DNA of 64,000 nt from an uncultured Faecalicatena sp. (GTDB taxonomy: Bacteria > Bacillota > Clostridia > Lachnospirales > Lachnospiraceae), in assembly GCA_948468385.1 (NCBI GenBank), contig CAOKHZ010000008.1, positions 40,265-104,264 on the forward strand, written 5' to 3'. Shown here piece by piece: positions 8,912 through 17,881 of the stretch. The notes beneath the pieces were generated by a model. The model ran no database searches. It saw nothing but the letters and a program-made list of their open reading frames with translations, and was not told the DNA's origin. The translations under genes were made by a program, and so were the position numbers. Each line of letters opens with the position of its first letter. Within the stretch, counting starts at the first letter, position 1.

Positions 8912-10009
8912 ATGAATTTAAATTTAAGACCGAAGGAAGAATGTAAATTTGATGCCGTGTCATTGGGAGAAGTCATGCTCCGGCTTGACCCGGGCGAGGG
9001 AAGGATCCGTACGGCGAGGAGTTTTCGCGCGTGGGAAGGCGGCGGAGAGTACAACGTAATCCGCGGACTGCACAAGTGCTTCCGCATGAACACGGCCGTG
9101 ATTACCGCGTTCGCGCAAAACGAGGTCGGCCTTTTGATGGAAGACTTTATCGAGCAGGGCGGCGTGGACACGTCCCTCATCAAGTGGATGAAGACGGACG
9201 GCATCGGACGCATTTGCCGTAACGGCTTGAATTTTACGGAGAGAGGATATGGCATCCGCGGGGCGGTTGGCTGCTCCGACCGTGCCAACACGGCGATTTC
9301 CAAGGCGACGCCGGAAGATTTTGATTTTGAATATATTTTTGGCGAATTGGGTGTGCGTTGGCTGCATACAGGCGGCATTTACGCGGCGTTGTCCGAGCAG
9401 TCTTGCGAGACCGTTCTGGCGGCGATTAAGACGGCGAAGAAGCATGGCACCATCGTGTCTTATGATTTGAATTACCGTCCTTCCATGTGGAGCGCGATTG
9501 GCGGCCAGGCAAAGGCGCAGGAAGTCAACAAGGAAATCGCGCAGTATGTGGACGTCATGATTGGAAATGAAGAGGACTTCACGGCCTGCCTTGGTTTCGC
9601 CATCGAGGGCAATGACGAGAACTTGAAGACGCTGAACCTGGACGGATATAAGAAGATGATTAACGAGGCGGCCAGGACGTACCCGAACTTCAAGGCCGTG
9701 GCAACGACGCTTCGCGAGGTGAAGACCGCGACGGTCAATGACTGGAGCGCGATTTGCTGGGCGGACGGCGAGATTTACAAGGCCAAAGATTACAAGGGTC
9801 TGGAAATCATGGATCGCGTGGGCGGCGGGGATTCTTTCGCTTCCGGCTTGATTTATGGCCTGATGACGACGGAAAATGCCGAACTGGCGGTCAATTATGG
9901 CGCGGCGCACGGCGCGTTGGCCATGACCACGCCGGGCGACACGACCATGGCCAGCAAGAAAGAGGTAGAGGCCATTATGGGCGGCGCGGGCGCGCGTGTA
10001 CAGAGATAA
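8912..10009 (+). CDS. PfkB-family sugar kinase (2-dehydro-3-deoxygluconokinase-like)
   Basis: 365 aa, with the PfkB C-terminal signature DRVGGGDSFASGLIYGL. It starts 19 bp after the GH43 stop and has its own GGAGA RBS. Confidence 0.8.
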   Translation: MNLNLRPKEECKFDAVSLGEVMLRLDPGEGRIRTARSFRAWEGGGEYNVIRGLHKCFRMNTAVITAFAQNEVGLLMEDFIEQGGVDTSLIKWMKTDGIGRICRNGLNFTERGYGIRGAVGCSDRANTAISKATPEDFDFEYIFGELGVRWLHTGGIYAALSEQSCETVLAAIKTAKKHGTIVSYDLNYRPSMWSAIGGQAKAQEVNKEIAQYVDVMIGNEEDFTACLGFAIEGNDENLKTLNLDGYKKMINEAARTYPNFKAVATTLREVKTATVNDWSAICWADGEIYKAKDYKGLEIMDRVGGGDSFASGLIYGLMTTENAELAVNYGAAHGALAMTTPGDTTMASKKEVEAIMGGAGARVQR

Positions 10010-10066
10010 GAACAAAGAATATTCAACGTGTATAGACGGCATTGCCGGCCACGGGATTATGAGCAA

Positions 10067-10102
10067 GGAGTCTTCCAATGTATTGGAGGACTCTTTGGTT
10101 CT
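10067..10102 (+). terminator. Rho-independent terminator after the GH43-kinase pair
   Basis: GGAGTCTTCCAAT / ATTGGAGGACTCT stem (12-13 bp including one G-U), followed by TTTGGTTCT. Confidence 0.6.
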
Positions 10103-10204
10103 ACGTCTTATGGTAGGTAGAGGCGGACGCGATGATGCCTACGAATTGCTCCGCGCTTTGGGACTCTGGTATCATCATTATGTTTTAGGGAGAGGGTTGC
10201 ATTT

Positions 10205-10996
10205 ATGGAACGGAAATTAACGGGGACACAGTTAAAGTGGCTGGCAATCATCATGATGGCGATTGACCATGTGGGAGCCGTGATCGTGGGGGGCTTTGTC
10301 TTTTTTCAGGGGATGGTCATAAATCCAAATCTTGAACACGTATATTGGCTGATGCGAAATATCGGCCGCCTGGCATTCCCGATTTTTTGCTTTTTGCTGG
10401 TGGAGGGCTTCTTTTATACCAGAAGCCGCAAAAATTACATGATAAGGCTGTTTCTGTTTGCATTGATTTCCGAATTCCCGTTTGACCTGGCGTTTGGCGA
10501 TTCCTACATCGACATGGAATACCAAAACGTATTTTTTGTGCTGTTTATCGGATTTGCCGTCATCTGGATTATGGAAAATCTGAAAGGAAGTCCGGTGCGG
10601 CAGACGCTTGTGATGTTAGCGGGCTGTGTCTTGTCCGAGATCATCATGTGCGACTATGGCCTGATCGGGGTAGTGCTTATCGTGATTTTTTACGCGTTCC
10701 GGCAGGATAAGACAAAAAGAGCCGTGGTGGGAGCACTCTGGCTGTATTTCGGCACGATGCTTCATTTTGCGGTGGAATTAGGGCCGTGGATTGTTTTGTA
10801 TGAAAATAAGTTGGAGGTGGCCGCCTATCTTTCGGATTCGGGTCTGGCGGAATTTCCGGGCGTCCTTGCATTTATTTTGGTTGGCATGTACAATGGGGAG
10901 AAGGGAAAACCATTTCCCAAGTATTTCTTCTATGCTTTTTATCCGTTGCATTTGTTGCTTCTGGGCATGATAAGACAGCGGCTGTTCGGGTTTTAA
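10205..10996 (+). CDS. TraX family membrane protein
   Basis: 263 aa and polytopic. The N-terminal LKWLAIIMMAIDHVGAV is the TraX-family hallmark. Confidence 0.75.
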   Translation: MERKLTGTQLKWLAIIMMAIDHVGAVIVGGFVFFQGMVINPNLEHVYWLMRNIGRLAFPIFCFLLVEGFFYTRSRKNYMIRLFLFALISEFPFDLAFGDSYIDMEYQNVFFVLFIGFAVIWIMENLKGSPVRQTLVMLAGCVLSEIIMCDYGLIGVVLIVIFYAFRQDKTKRAVVGALWLYFGTMLHFAVELGPWIVLYENKLEVAAYLSDSGLAEFPGVLAFILVGMYNGEKGKPFPKYFFYAFYPLHLLLLGMIRQRLFGF

Positions 10997-11060
10997 GGCG
11001 CGGGACGTTTACAAAGAACGGGTTCGGCCGTGGATAAGTTTTCATGGGAGGAAAGGAAAG

Positions 11061-11999
11061 ATGACGTTTTGGATACCGTTGATGATTGCGCTTGTTTTAT
11101 GCGGCATATTTTTTACGTATCTATGGCAGCAGTTTGAGCGCAGGAGGGAACTGGGGCTACTGTCCGATGCGATAGAACGGATTTTGCGGGGCGAGGATCA
11201 AGAGGCGGAGATTGTGGTGAAAAAGACGCGGCGAATTCCTTACAAGGATACCTTCTTTTCTCGCATATGTCATAAACTGAACCGTTTGGAACAAAGGATG
11301 GATGGATGTTATGAGCAGATTGCGGCCGACCGTGATTCGATGAAGGAGTCGATTACGGAAATTGCCAATCAACTGCGTACGCCGCTTAACAATCTGGAGG
11401 TTTATCTGGACTTTTTGGAGGGCGGCCATTTGACGCAAGAAGAGCAGGCTCGTTATTTGGGGACGGTTCGCGCGTCCGAGCAGAAAATCCGGCTCCTTAC
11501 AGAGAACTTTCTCAAAATGTCGAGGCTGGAAAACCGCATGATCAGGGCGTCTCGGGAAGAGTGGGATTTGCTGGCGACGATGGAGGCGGCCGTGGAATTG
11601 CTCTCGCCCGAAATGAAGGAAAAACAAATCGTCCTTAAGACCAGTTTCCCGAAGAAGCTTCATTTTCCGCATGATGCGGATTTGCTAGGCGAGGCGGTGC
11701 GAGATGTGCTTGACAACGCGGTAAAGTATAGCAGTGCGGGAGGGAAAATCGAGCTTGGCGCAAGACAGAGCGAGATGTTTACACAAATCTGGGTGCGCGA
11801 TTATGGAATCGGAATTCAGGAGGGCGACGAGGCAAAGGTGTTCCGGCGTTTTTATCGGGCAGAAAATGCGAAGGAGCAGGAAGGCTTTGGCATCGGCTTG
11901 ACAATCGCGCGGGAAATCGTGCTGCAGCACGACGGGTTCATGCAGGTTGTTCGCCAGAAAGACGGAACCCGCGTGGAAATTTATATGGAAAATTCATAG
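11061..11999 (+). CDS. Orphan histidine-kinase-like protein (one TM, HisKA-like helix, intact HATPase_c) with the phospho-acceptor His replaced by Asn
   Basis: 312 aa. The H-box position reads ITEIANQLRTPLNNL, versus the canonical SHELRTPL. The N-box VLDNAVKYS, G1 VRDYGIGI and G2 GFGIGLTIA are all present. No response regulator is adjacent. Confidence 0.75.
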   Translation: MTFWIPLMIALVLCGIFFTYLWQQFERRRELGLLSDAIERILRGEDQEAEIVVKKTRRIPYKDTFFSRICHKLNRLEQRMDGCYEQIAADRDSMKESITEIANQLRTPLNNLEVYLDFLEGGHLTQEEQARYLGTVRASEQKIRLLTENFLKMSRLENRMIRASREEWDLLATMEAAVELLSPEMKEKQIVLKTSFPKKLHFPHDADLLGEAVRDVLDNAVKYSSAGGKIELGARQSEMFTQIWVRDYGIGIQEGDEAKVFRRFYRAENAKEQEGFGIGLTIAREIVLQHDGFMQVVRQKDGTRVEIYMENS

Positions 12000-12131
12000 C
12001 GTCCGTACACCGACGCTAAGCGCGTTCTCGTAAGTGGCAAAGCGGTCGGCTTGGACGTTTTGACGCTGGCCGCGAGAATTTGCGTGCATCCTCGCGGTCA
12101 ATCAGCGCGGTGATTGGCCGGGATGGACTGG

Positions 12132-12659
12132 TTACCTTTCCGGCCGTTCGCTGGAAACGTCCGGATGTAAAAAGGTATATTGGAGCGCTTTCACTTCGCT
12201 CGTGTCGACCATGGTAAGAATGACGTTCCCGCTTTCCAGATACCAAACGTCGTTTGGATTTGCCATGGCGGCGAACTTGTCAGAATTGAATTGATAGCCG
12301 CTCTCGCCTAGTACGTCCTCCGTCTCGCTGTGGATTTTGTCGTACATGGCTTTCAAGTCTTCGGAATCATTGCTCTCGTACAGCCATGACATGCATACGA
12401 GCATTTCCTTGTCGTCAAACATGTACTTGATGGTTCCGTCCAATTCGTCATATTCTTTGGGATAGGTGTACGTCGTGCCTCCGTATACGGAATCGTAGGA
12501 TTCCTTGCATTCGCCTTCAAGCGCGATGATGTCTTCCAAGGTGGAGTTCCAGGTAATCGTCGTGAAGGGGCATTTCATTTCCTTTTTCTGGCATCCGGCA
12601 ATGAACAAGGTGGAAAGTGCCAAAACTAGGAGAAAAGCAATCTTGCGTGTCTGCTTCAT
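12132..12659 (-). CDS. Lipoprotein of unknown function
   Basis: 175 aa. The signal peptide carries a lipobox (LSTLFIAGC), and a GGAGG RBS is present. Confidence 0.7.
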   Translation of the reverse strand: MKQTRKIAFLLVLALSTLFIAGCQKKEMKCPFTTITWNSTLEDIIALEGECKESYDSVYGGTTYTYPKEYDELDGTIKYMFDDKEMLVCMSWLYESNDSEDLKAMYDKIHSETEDVLGESGYQFNSDKFAAMANPNDVWYLESGNVILTMVDTSEVKALQYTFLHPDVSSERPER

Positions 12660-12804
12660 GATAGTACCTCCATAATTTTAAGTCGTTCTATTTGACGTGA
12701 ACGTATTGTTTATAGTATACAATAGTTGGGCGTGAATGACAATAGCGTGCTTGCTTTTCCCATGCTTGTGGAAAGTAAGTGGGTGATACATTTCATTTCG
12801 ACCC

Positions 12805-12833
12805 TTGCCGTTTTGAAAATTAGGGAGTATAAT
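12805..12833 (+). promoter_or_regulatory. Sigma-A-type promoter for the LacI-family gene
   Basis: TTGCCG (12805-12810), 17 nt spacer, TATAAT (12828-12833). Confidence 0.55.
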
Positions 12834-12872
12834 AGCCTTGCTTGTGAATATGGTTGAAAAGGGTGGTGTGAC

Positions 12873-13871
12873 ATGCCGGCAACGATGCGTGACGTGAAAA
12901 ATAAAACGGGTTTGTCTCTGGCGACGATTTCCAAATATTTAAATGGCGGAAACGTGCTCCCGGAGAACAAGGTTCTGATTGAAAATGCAATTAAGGAATT
13001 AAATTATGAAGTGAATGAAATCGCAAGGGGACTTGTGAAGAACAAGACGAAGATCGTCGGGGTCATGGTGCATGACATTGAGAGCTTTTTTTCGGGAAAA
13101 CTGTTGCACTATATAGGGCGGGAACTTCGGAAATATGGGTACGGGATTATGATTTGCGATTCCAATAATGACGAGGCGGTGGAGGCGGAAAACCTTAAGT
13201 TCCTGGTTAGCCGGAAGGTGGACGGCATCATCGTGCTGCCGGTGAACATGAAAGGGACGTTTTTGAAACCGGCGAGGAAAAGGGGCATTCCCGTGGTTCT
13301 GGTGGATCGCTCGGTTCAGGACGAGGAGTTTGACTGTGTGGGGATTGACAACAAGGTGGCGGCCTTTCGGGCGGTGGAGCTTTTGCTGAAAAATAACCAC
13401 AAGGACATCGCGATTATTGCCTCGGACGTGGAGTACACCGGGGTGGAACGAATCAAAGGGTATAGGGAGGCAATGTGGCAGGCGGGCCTTGAAGTGAAGG
13501 GCGAATATATAAAGACCGGCCGCCATTCGGTCGAAACGGGGTATGAAAGGATGAAGGAACTGCTGGCGGATCCGCATCGCCCTACGGCCGTGTTGATGGG
13601 AAATTATGACACGATGCTGGGCGGGGTCTTGGCGGTAAACGAGTCGGAGTTTTCTTGTCCGGAGGACATTTCGTTAATCGGGTTTGATTCCTTGTTGGTA
13701 AGCGGGTTGGTGAGTCCGAGTTGGTACGTGGTCGTGCAGCCGATGGAGGAAATTTGTGAAAAGACGGTGAAATTGTTGCTGAGTCGGATTGAGAGTGAAG
13801 AAGACGCGGCACCGGTCAAAATGTGGCTTGGAACGAAGATACAAGAAGGAGAGTCCGTCCGTGCCATTTGA
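12873..13871 (+). CDS. LacI family transcriptional regulator
   Basis: 332 aa. The N-terminal HTH is ATMRDVKNKTGLSLATISKYLNGGNVLPENKVLIENAIKELNYEVNEIARGL, followed by a periplasmic-binding-protein-like sugar-binding fold. Confidence 0.9.
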   Translation: MPATMRDVKNKTGLSLATISKYLNGGNVLPENKVLIENAIKELNYEVNEIARGLVKNKTKIVGVMVHDIESFFSGKLLHYIGRELRKYGYGIMICDSNNDEAVEAENLKFLVSRKVDGIIVLPVNMKGTFLKPARKRGIPVVLVDRSVQDEEFDCVGIDNKVAAFRAVELLLKNNHKDIAIIASDVEYTGVERIKGYREAMWQAGLEVKGEYIKTGRHSVETGYERMKELLADPHRPTAVLMGNYDTMLGGVLAVNESEFSCPEDISLIGFDSLLVSGLVSPSWYVVVQPMEEICEKTVKLLLSRIESEEDAAPVKMWLGTKIQEGESVRAI

Positions 13872-14008
13872 AAGAACGGATTATAGGACTGCCGATGGCG
13901 TTCGATGCGTATAAGTGGAAATGGAAGAGGTGGAACCGATTGTCTCGAATGGGACGGTCGATTCTACTTCTTTTTTTCTATGTGCACGAACAAGGACAAA
14001 ACACAGAA

Positions 14009-14020
14009 CGAAACGTTTCG
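14009..14020. promoter_or_regulatory. Perfect 12-bp palindrome CGAAACGTTTCG; candidate LacI-family operator O1
   Basis: Read directly. It has the central CG and AAnCGnTT core typical of LacI/CcpA-type operators, and sits 21 nt upstream of the -35 element. Confidence 0.55.
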
Positions 14021-14040
14021 CTTAAATATTGCGAAAGATA

Positions 14041-14069
14041 TTGACAGTGGGCGGCTGATATGATACAAT
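14041..14069 (+). promoter_or_regulatory. Near-consensus sigma-A promoter of the sugar ABC operon
   Basis: TTGACA (14041-14046), 17 nt spacer, TACAAT (14064-14069), with a TGA extended -10 immediately upstream. Confidence 0.7.
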
Positions 14070-14161
14070 GTGCACTATAGAAGAAAAAATCAATGCCGAA
14101 ACATATAAAGATTGCCTAAAAATAGACAATGTGCGCGGAGGAAATCTGACAAGGCGTGAGA

Positions 14162-14175
14162 GCGAAACGTTACGC
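14162..14175. promoter_or_regulatory. Second operator-like palindrome GCGAAACGTTACGC (O2) in the leader
   Basis: 12 of 14 positions are symmetric and the core is the same as O1. Its centre is 154 bp from the O1 centre, ~20 nt before the ATG at 14196. Confidence 0.5.
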
Positions 14176-14195
14176 CATGGAAGGGGTGCGCACGT

Positions 14196-15227
14196 ATGCG
14201 GCGGCGGGATGAAAAGGCGAGTAAAGGAATCGTTTATGAAGGAGGAGTGGAAGTGGAGAAAATCAAACAAAATGCACTTGTGAAAAAGGTGGGATTTAAC
14301 AGAATTGTCTTGATTTGCGTGTTGCTTCTGATGTATTTGGCGTTTTGCATCTTGACGGGAGGCGCTTTCTTCGGAATCTCACGTATCACAAACGCATTGA
14401 ATTATGCGTACTTTTTGGGATTTTTGTCTCTCGGCGTGACGTTCGTCATTGCCACGGGCGGAATTGATTTCTCGATTGGACCAGTCATGTTCTGTTGTGC
14501 GTTGGTTTCCGGATACAGCCTGACGACGTACGGGGTGCCGATGGCACTTAGCTTGATTATGAGCGTGCTGATAGGTGTCTTGTTCGGGACGTTTAACGGA
14601 TATCTGGTGGCGTACTGGAAAGTGCCGCCGTTCATCGTGTCGATGGCAAGCATGAACATCGCGAAGGGCATTGCCGCCGTGTTTACGAAGACGCAGTCCG
14701 TGAGCTGGCCGCAGGCATCGGCGGAGGGCGGATGGTATCGTAATTTTGTAAATATGAACGGTTTTCCGGTCGGACTTGTCGTGTTTTTGGTGGTGGCGGT
14801 GATATGTGCCATCGTGCTGAACCAGACGAAGTGGGGACGTTACATACTTTGCCTTGGTAGCAACGAGGAAGCCGTCAGGCTTTCCGGCGTGAACGTGAAG
14901 CGGTGGAAGATGCTGGCCTACATCATCTGCGGCACCCTGGTCGGCATTGCTTCCATCTACTTTGTGGCGGCATACACGACGGTACAGCCGGGATATGGCG
15001 ACCAGTATAATAATGAAGCGATTGCCGGATGCGTCATGGGCGGCACGTCCATGGTCGGAGGATTGGCTTCCATCAGCGGCACGGTGATTGGCGTGTTCAT
15101 CATTTCTCTTTTGCAGCAGGGTATTCTCGCGCTTGGATTTACGAAAGAATACCAGTACATTATTACCGGTCTGATTGTTATTGCGGCGGTTTACGCGGAC
15201 GTTTCCGCAAGGCGCAGGAAGAATTAA
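14196..15227 (+). CDS. Sugar ABC transporter permease (RbsC/AraH-like, monosaccharide CUT2 family)
   Basis: 343-aa polytopic ORF with the typical ...ATGGIDFSIGPVM... motif. An alternative GTG start at 14253 lies 6 nt after GAAGGAGGA. Confidence 0.85.
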   Translation: MRRRDEKASKGIVYEGGVEVEKIKQNALVKKVGFNRIVLICVLLLMYLAFCILTGGAFFGISRITNALNYAYFLGFLSLGVTFVIATGGIDFSIGPVMFCCALVSGYSLTTYGVPMALSLIMSVLIGVLFGTFNGYLVAYWKVPPFIVSMASMNIAKGIAAVFTKTQSVSWPQASAEGGWYRNFVNMNGFPVGLVVFLVVAVICAIVLNQTKWGRYILCLGSNEEAVRLSGVNVKRWKMLAYIICGTLVGIASIYFVAAYTTVQPGYGDQYNNEAIAGCVMGGTSMVGGLASISGTVIGVFIISLLQQGILALGFTKEYQYIITGLIVIAAVYADVSARRRKN

Positions 15228-15272
15228 GGCTCGGATGGAAGAATCAGATGGCGAGAAAGGAGAAATGAGGAT

Positions 15273-16769
15273 ATGGGCGAAGTTATTTTGACGATGAAAG
15301 ATATTGACAAATCGTTTCCGGGTGTTCACGCGCTGGATCATGTGGACTTGGAAGTGAGGAAGGGCGAAGTCCTCGCGTTAATGGGCGAGAACGGCGCGGG
15401 CAAGTCCACCTTGATGAAGGTGCTGACGGGCATTTATAAGAAAGATTCAGGCACGATTACATATGAAGGGAAGGAAGTCGAGTTCAAGAACACGAGAGAG
15501 GCTCAGGACGCGGGCATCGTCATCGTGCATCAGGAACTGAACATGTTGGGACACTTGACGGTCGCACAGAACTTGTTCATCGGTCGGGAGTTCAAGAAAG
15601 GAATTCAGATTGACGACAAGAGGATGAACGAGGAAGCGAAGAAGCTTTTCGACCGGCTGAACGTGAGCATTGATCCGAAGGAGACGATGTCGAACCTGAC
15701 GGTAGGCAAGCAGCAGATGTGCGAGATTGCCAAGGCGGTGTCGTTTGACGCGAAGGTCATCATTTTTGATGAACCGTCGGCGGCCCTTACGGAGTCGGAG
15801 ATCGAGGAGATGTTCAAAATCATCCGTGACTTGAAGAAAAAGGACATCGCGATGGTATATATATCACATCGTATGGACGAAATCAAGGTCATCACGGATC
15901 GCGTGACGGTCATGCGTGACGGCACTTACGTGGGAACCTTGATTACAGAAGAGTGTACGAAGGAAGACATCATCAACATGATGGTCGGCCGTGTCATTTA
16001 CGAGGATCCGAAGACGGAGAGCGCGGTGCCAAAGGACGCGCCGGTCGTCTTGAAGGTGGAGCATTTAAATGCCGGAAAAATGGTGCAGGACGTGAGCTTT
16101 GAACTACACAAGGGCGAGATACTTGGCTTCTCGGGATTGATGGGAGCCGGTCGGACGGAGACCGCGAGGGCGTTGTTCGGAGCCGACCCGAAGGAGAGCG
16201 GCGACATTTACATCAACGGGCAGAAGGTGACGATTAATACCCCGCAGGATGCCGTGGATTATGGCCTTGGGTATCTTTCAGAGGATAGAAAGCGTTATGG
16301 TATCGTGGTGCAGAAGACGGTGGCACAAAACACGACGATGGCGTTTATGAAGAACTTCATGAAAGGCATTTTTATTGACAAGAAGAAAGAGACGGACGTG
16401 GCTAAGGAATATGTGGACGCGTTGGCGACCAAGACGCCAAGCGTGGAACAGTTGGTCGTGAACTTGTCGGGTGGTAACCAGCAGAAGGTGGTCGTCGCCA
16501 AGTGGCTAGCCAGGAACAGCGATATCCTGATTTTCGACGAGCCGACAAGGGGTATCGATGTTGGCGCGAAGAACGAGATATACAAGTTGATGAACAAGCT
16601 GGTGGCGGAAGGGAAGTCCATCATCATGATTTCGTCGGAGATGACGGAAATCTTACGTATGAGCGACCGCATCGTCGTGATGTGCGAGGGCAAGAAGACG
16701 GGCGAGCTTGACATTGCCGAGGCGACGCAGGAGAACATCATGAACCTGGCGACGAGAGAGATTGCATAG
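15273..16769 (+). CDS. Sugar ABC transporter ATP-binding protein (duplicated NBD, RbsA/MglA-like)
   Basis: 498 aa. Walker A is GENGAGKST. There are two signature regions, including LSGGNQQK. The Walker B motifs are IIFDEPSAAL and LIFDEPTRGID. Confidence 0.92.
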   Translation: MGEVILTMKDIDKSFPGVHALDHVDLEVRKGEVLALMGENGAGKSTLMKVLTGIYKKDSGTITYEGKEVEFKNTREAQDAGIVIVHQELNMLGHLTVAQNLFIGREFKKGIQIDDKRMNEEAKKLFDRLNVSIDPKETMSNLTVGKQQMCEIAKAVSFDAKVIIFDEPSAALTESEIEEMFKIIRDLKKKDIAMVYISHRMDEIKVITDRVTVMRDGTYVGTLITEECTKEDIINMMVGRVIYEDPKTESAVPKDAPVVLKVEHLNAGKMVQDVSFELHKGEILGFSGLMGAGRTETARALFGADPKESGDIYINGQKVTINTPQDAVDYGLGYLSEDRKRYGIVVQKTVAQNTTMAFMKNFMKGIFIDKKKETDVAKEYVDALATKTPSVEQLVVNLSGGNQQKVVVAKWLARNSDILIFDEPTRGIDVGAKNEIYKLMNKLVAEGKSIIMISSEMTEILRMSDRIVVMCEGKKTGELDIAEATQENIMNLATREIA

Positions 16770-16786
16770 AGGAGGGGGATGAGAAA

Positions 16787-17758
16787 ATGGTGAAGAAAAG
16801 AGCGTTTGGCAAATTGAAGGGGCGCGAGGTCATGGTACTGGGAATCATCGTCGCGATGGTTATCCTATTCAGCTTCTTAAGTCCCACGTTTCGAACCTAT
16901 CCCACTCTGGTGAGCGTGCTGGATAATTCGTATTATATCACATTGATGGCACTTGGTGTCACGTTCCCGTTGATTACGGGTGGCGTTGACCTTTCCATCG
17001 GAACCGGTCTGGTTTCTTATGCGCTGATTGGCGGCTACTTGATTATACATATGGATATGCCGGTGGGCGTGGGCATCCTGGCATGTATCGGCATGGGCTT
17101 GCTGATCGGCGTGTTTAACGGCGTATTGGTCGCGGTGATGGATTTGCCGCCGTTTCTGGCCACGCTTTGTACCTGCATGATTACGCGTGGACTTGGACCG
17201 GCACTTTGCGGAGGCTTTGGTGTTTCCTGGCCGTCGGCACTGTCGGAGAGTGGTACGTTCCGTAAGATTTTTAAATTTACGACCGCCGGGGGAACGGTGG
17301 TACCGATTGGTATCATCTTCATCGTGATTTTGGTGTTGATTATGTCTTACGTGCTAAATCACACGAGAGTCGGACGTTACACCATCGCGATTGGAAGTAA
17401 CAAGGAAGCGACGCGGCTTGCCGGTGTGAACGTGAAGTTTTACCATATGCTGGCCTACATTATTTCAGGCCTTTTCGCAGGACTTGCGGGTGTCGCTTAT
17501 GCGGCTACATACGCGACGATTTATCCGGGAGCCGGAGCGGGATTTGAGTTGGATGCCATCGGCGGTGCCATCGTGGGCGGTGTTTCGGCATCCGGCGGAG
17601 TTGGTTCGATTGTCGGCGCATTTTTAGGTGTCATCGTAATCTGTTTGATGAAGGTGGGATTGCCGTTTATCGGGCTTCAGGCGAACTGGCAGCAGATATT
17701 TACCGGCATCGTGCTGATTGCGGCGGTATTGGTGGACGTGGTAAAGAAGAAAAAATAA
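16787..17758 (+). CDS. Second sugar ABC transporter permease (RbsC-like)
   Basis: 323 aa and polytopic, with ITGGVDLSIGTG. It is a paralogue of the permease at 14196. Confidence 0.88.
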   Translation: MVKKRAFGKLKGREVMVLGIIVAMVILFSFLSPTFRTYPTLVSVLDNSYYITLMALGVTFPLITGGVDLSIGTGLVSYALIGGYLIIHMDMPVGVGILACIGMGLLIGVFNGVLVAVMDLPPFLATLCTCMITRGLGPALCGGFGVSWPSALSESGTFRKIFKFTTAGGTVVPIGIIFIVILVLIMSYVLNHTRVGRYTIAIGSNKEATRLAGVNVKFYHMLAYIISGLFAGLAGVAYAATYATIYPGAGAGFELDAIGGAIVGGVSASGGVGSIVGAFLGVIVICLMKVGLPFIGLQANWQQIFTGIVLIAAVLVDVVKKKK

Positions 17759-17881
17759 GCGAGGCGGCATCCGGCGAAAGTCTTGGAATGACGCGATGCC
17801 GGATAGCGTATGAATGGAATATGTCGTTCGAGGAAGAACTTCATATATTAAAAATCTCAACAAAAAAAGGAGGAACAAAAA

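Noticed and set aside
8960-10078. 372-aa ORF on the minus strand, one of the longest in the track
   Set aside because: It is entirely antisense to the well-supported PfkB kinase gene. Its translation is Arg/His/Ala/Leu-rich and low in complexity, and it has no RBS. This is a typical shadow ORF in GC-rich coding DNA.
12016-12246. 76-aa minus-strand ORF between the kinase-like gene and the lipoprotein gene
   Set aside because: It overlaps the 3' end of the lipoprotein gene in another frame. It is Arg/Ser/Pro-rich and has no RBS.
14379-15341. 320-aa minus-strand ORF
   Set aside because: It is antisense to the ABC permease and the start of the ATPase gene. Its composition is Arg/His-rich and it lacks any hydrophobic periodicity or motifs.
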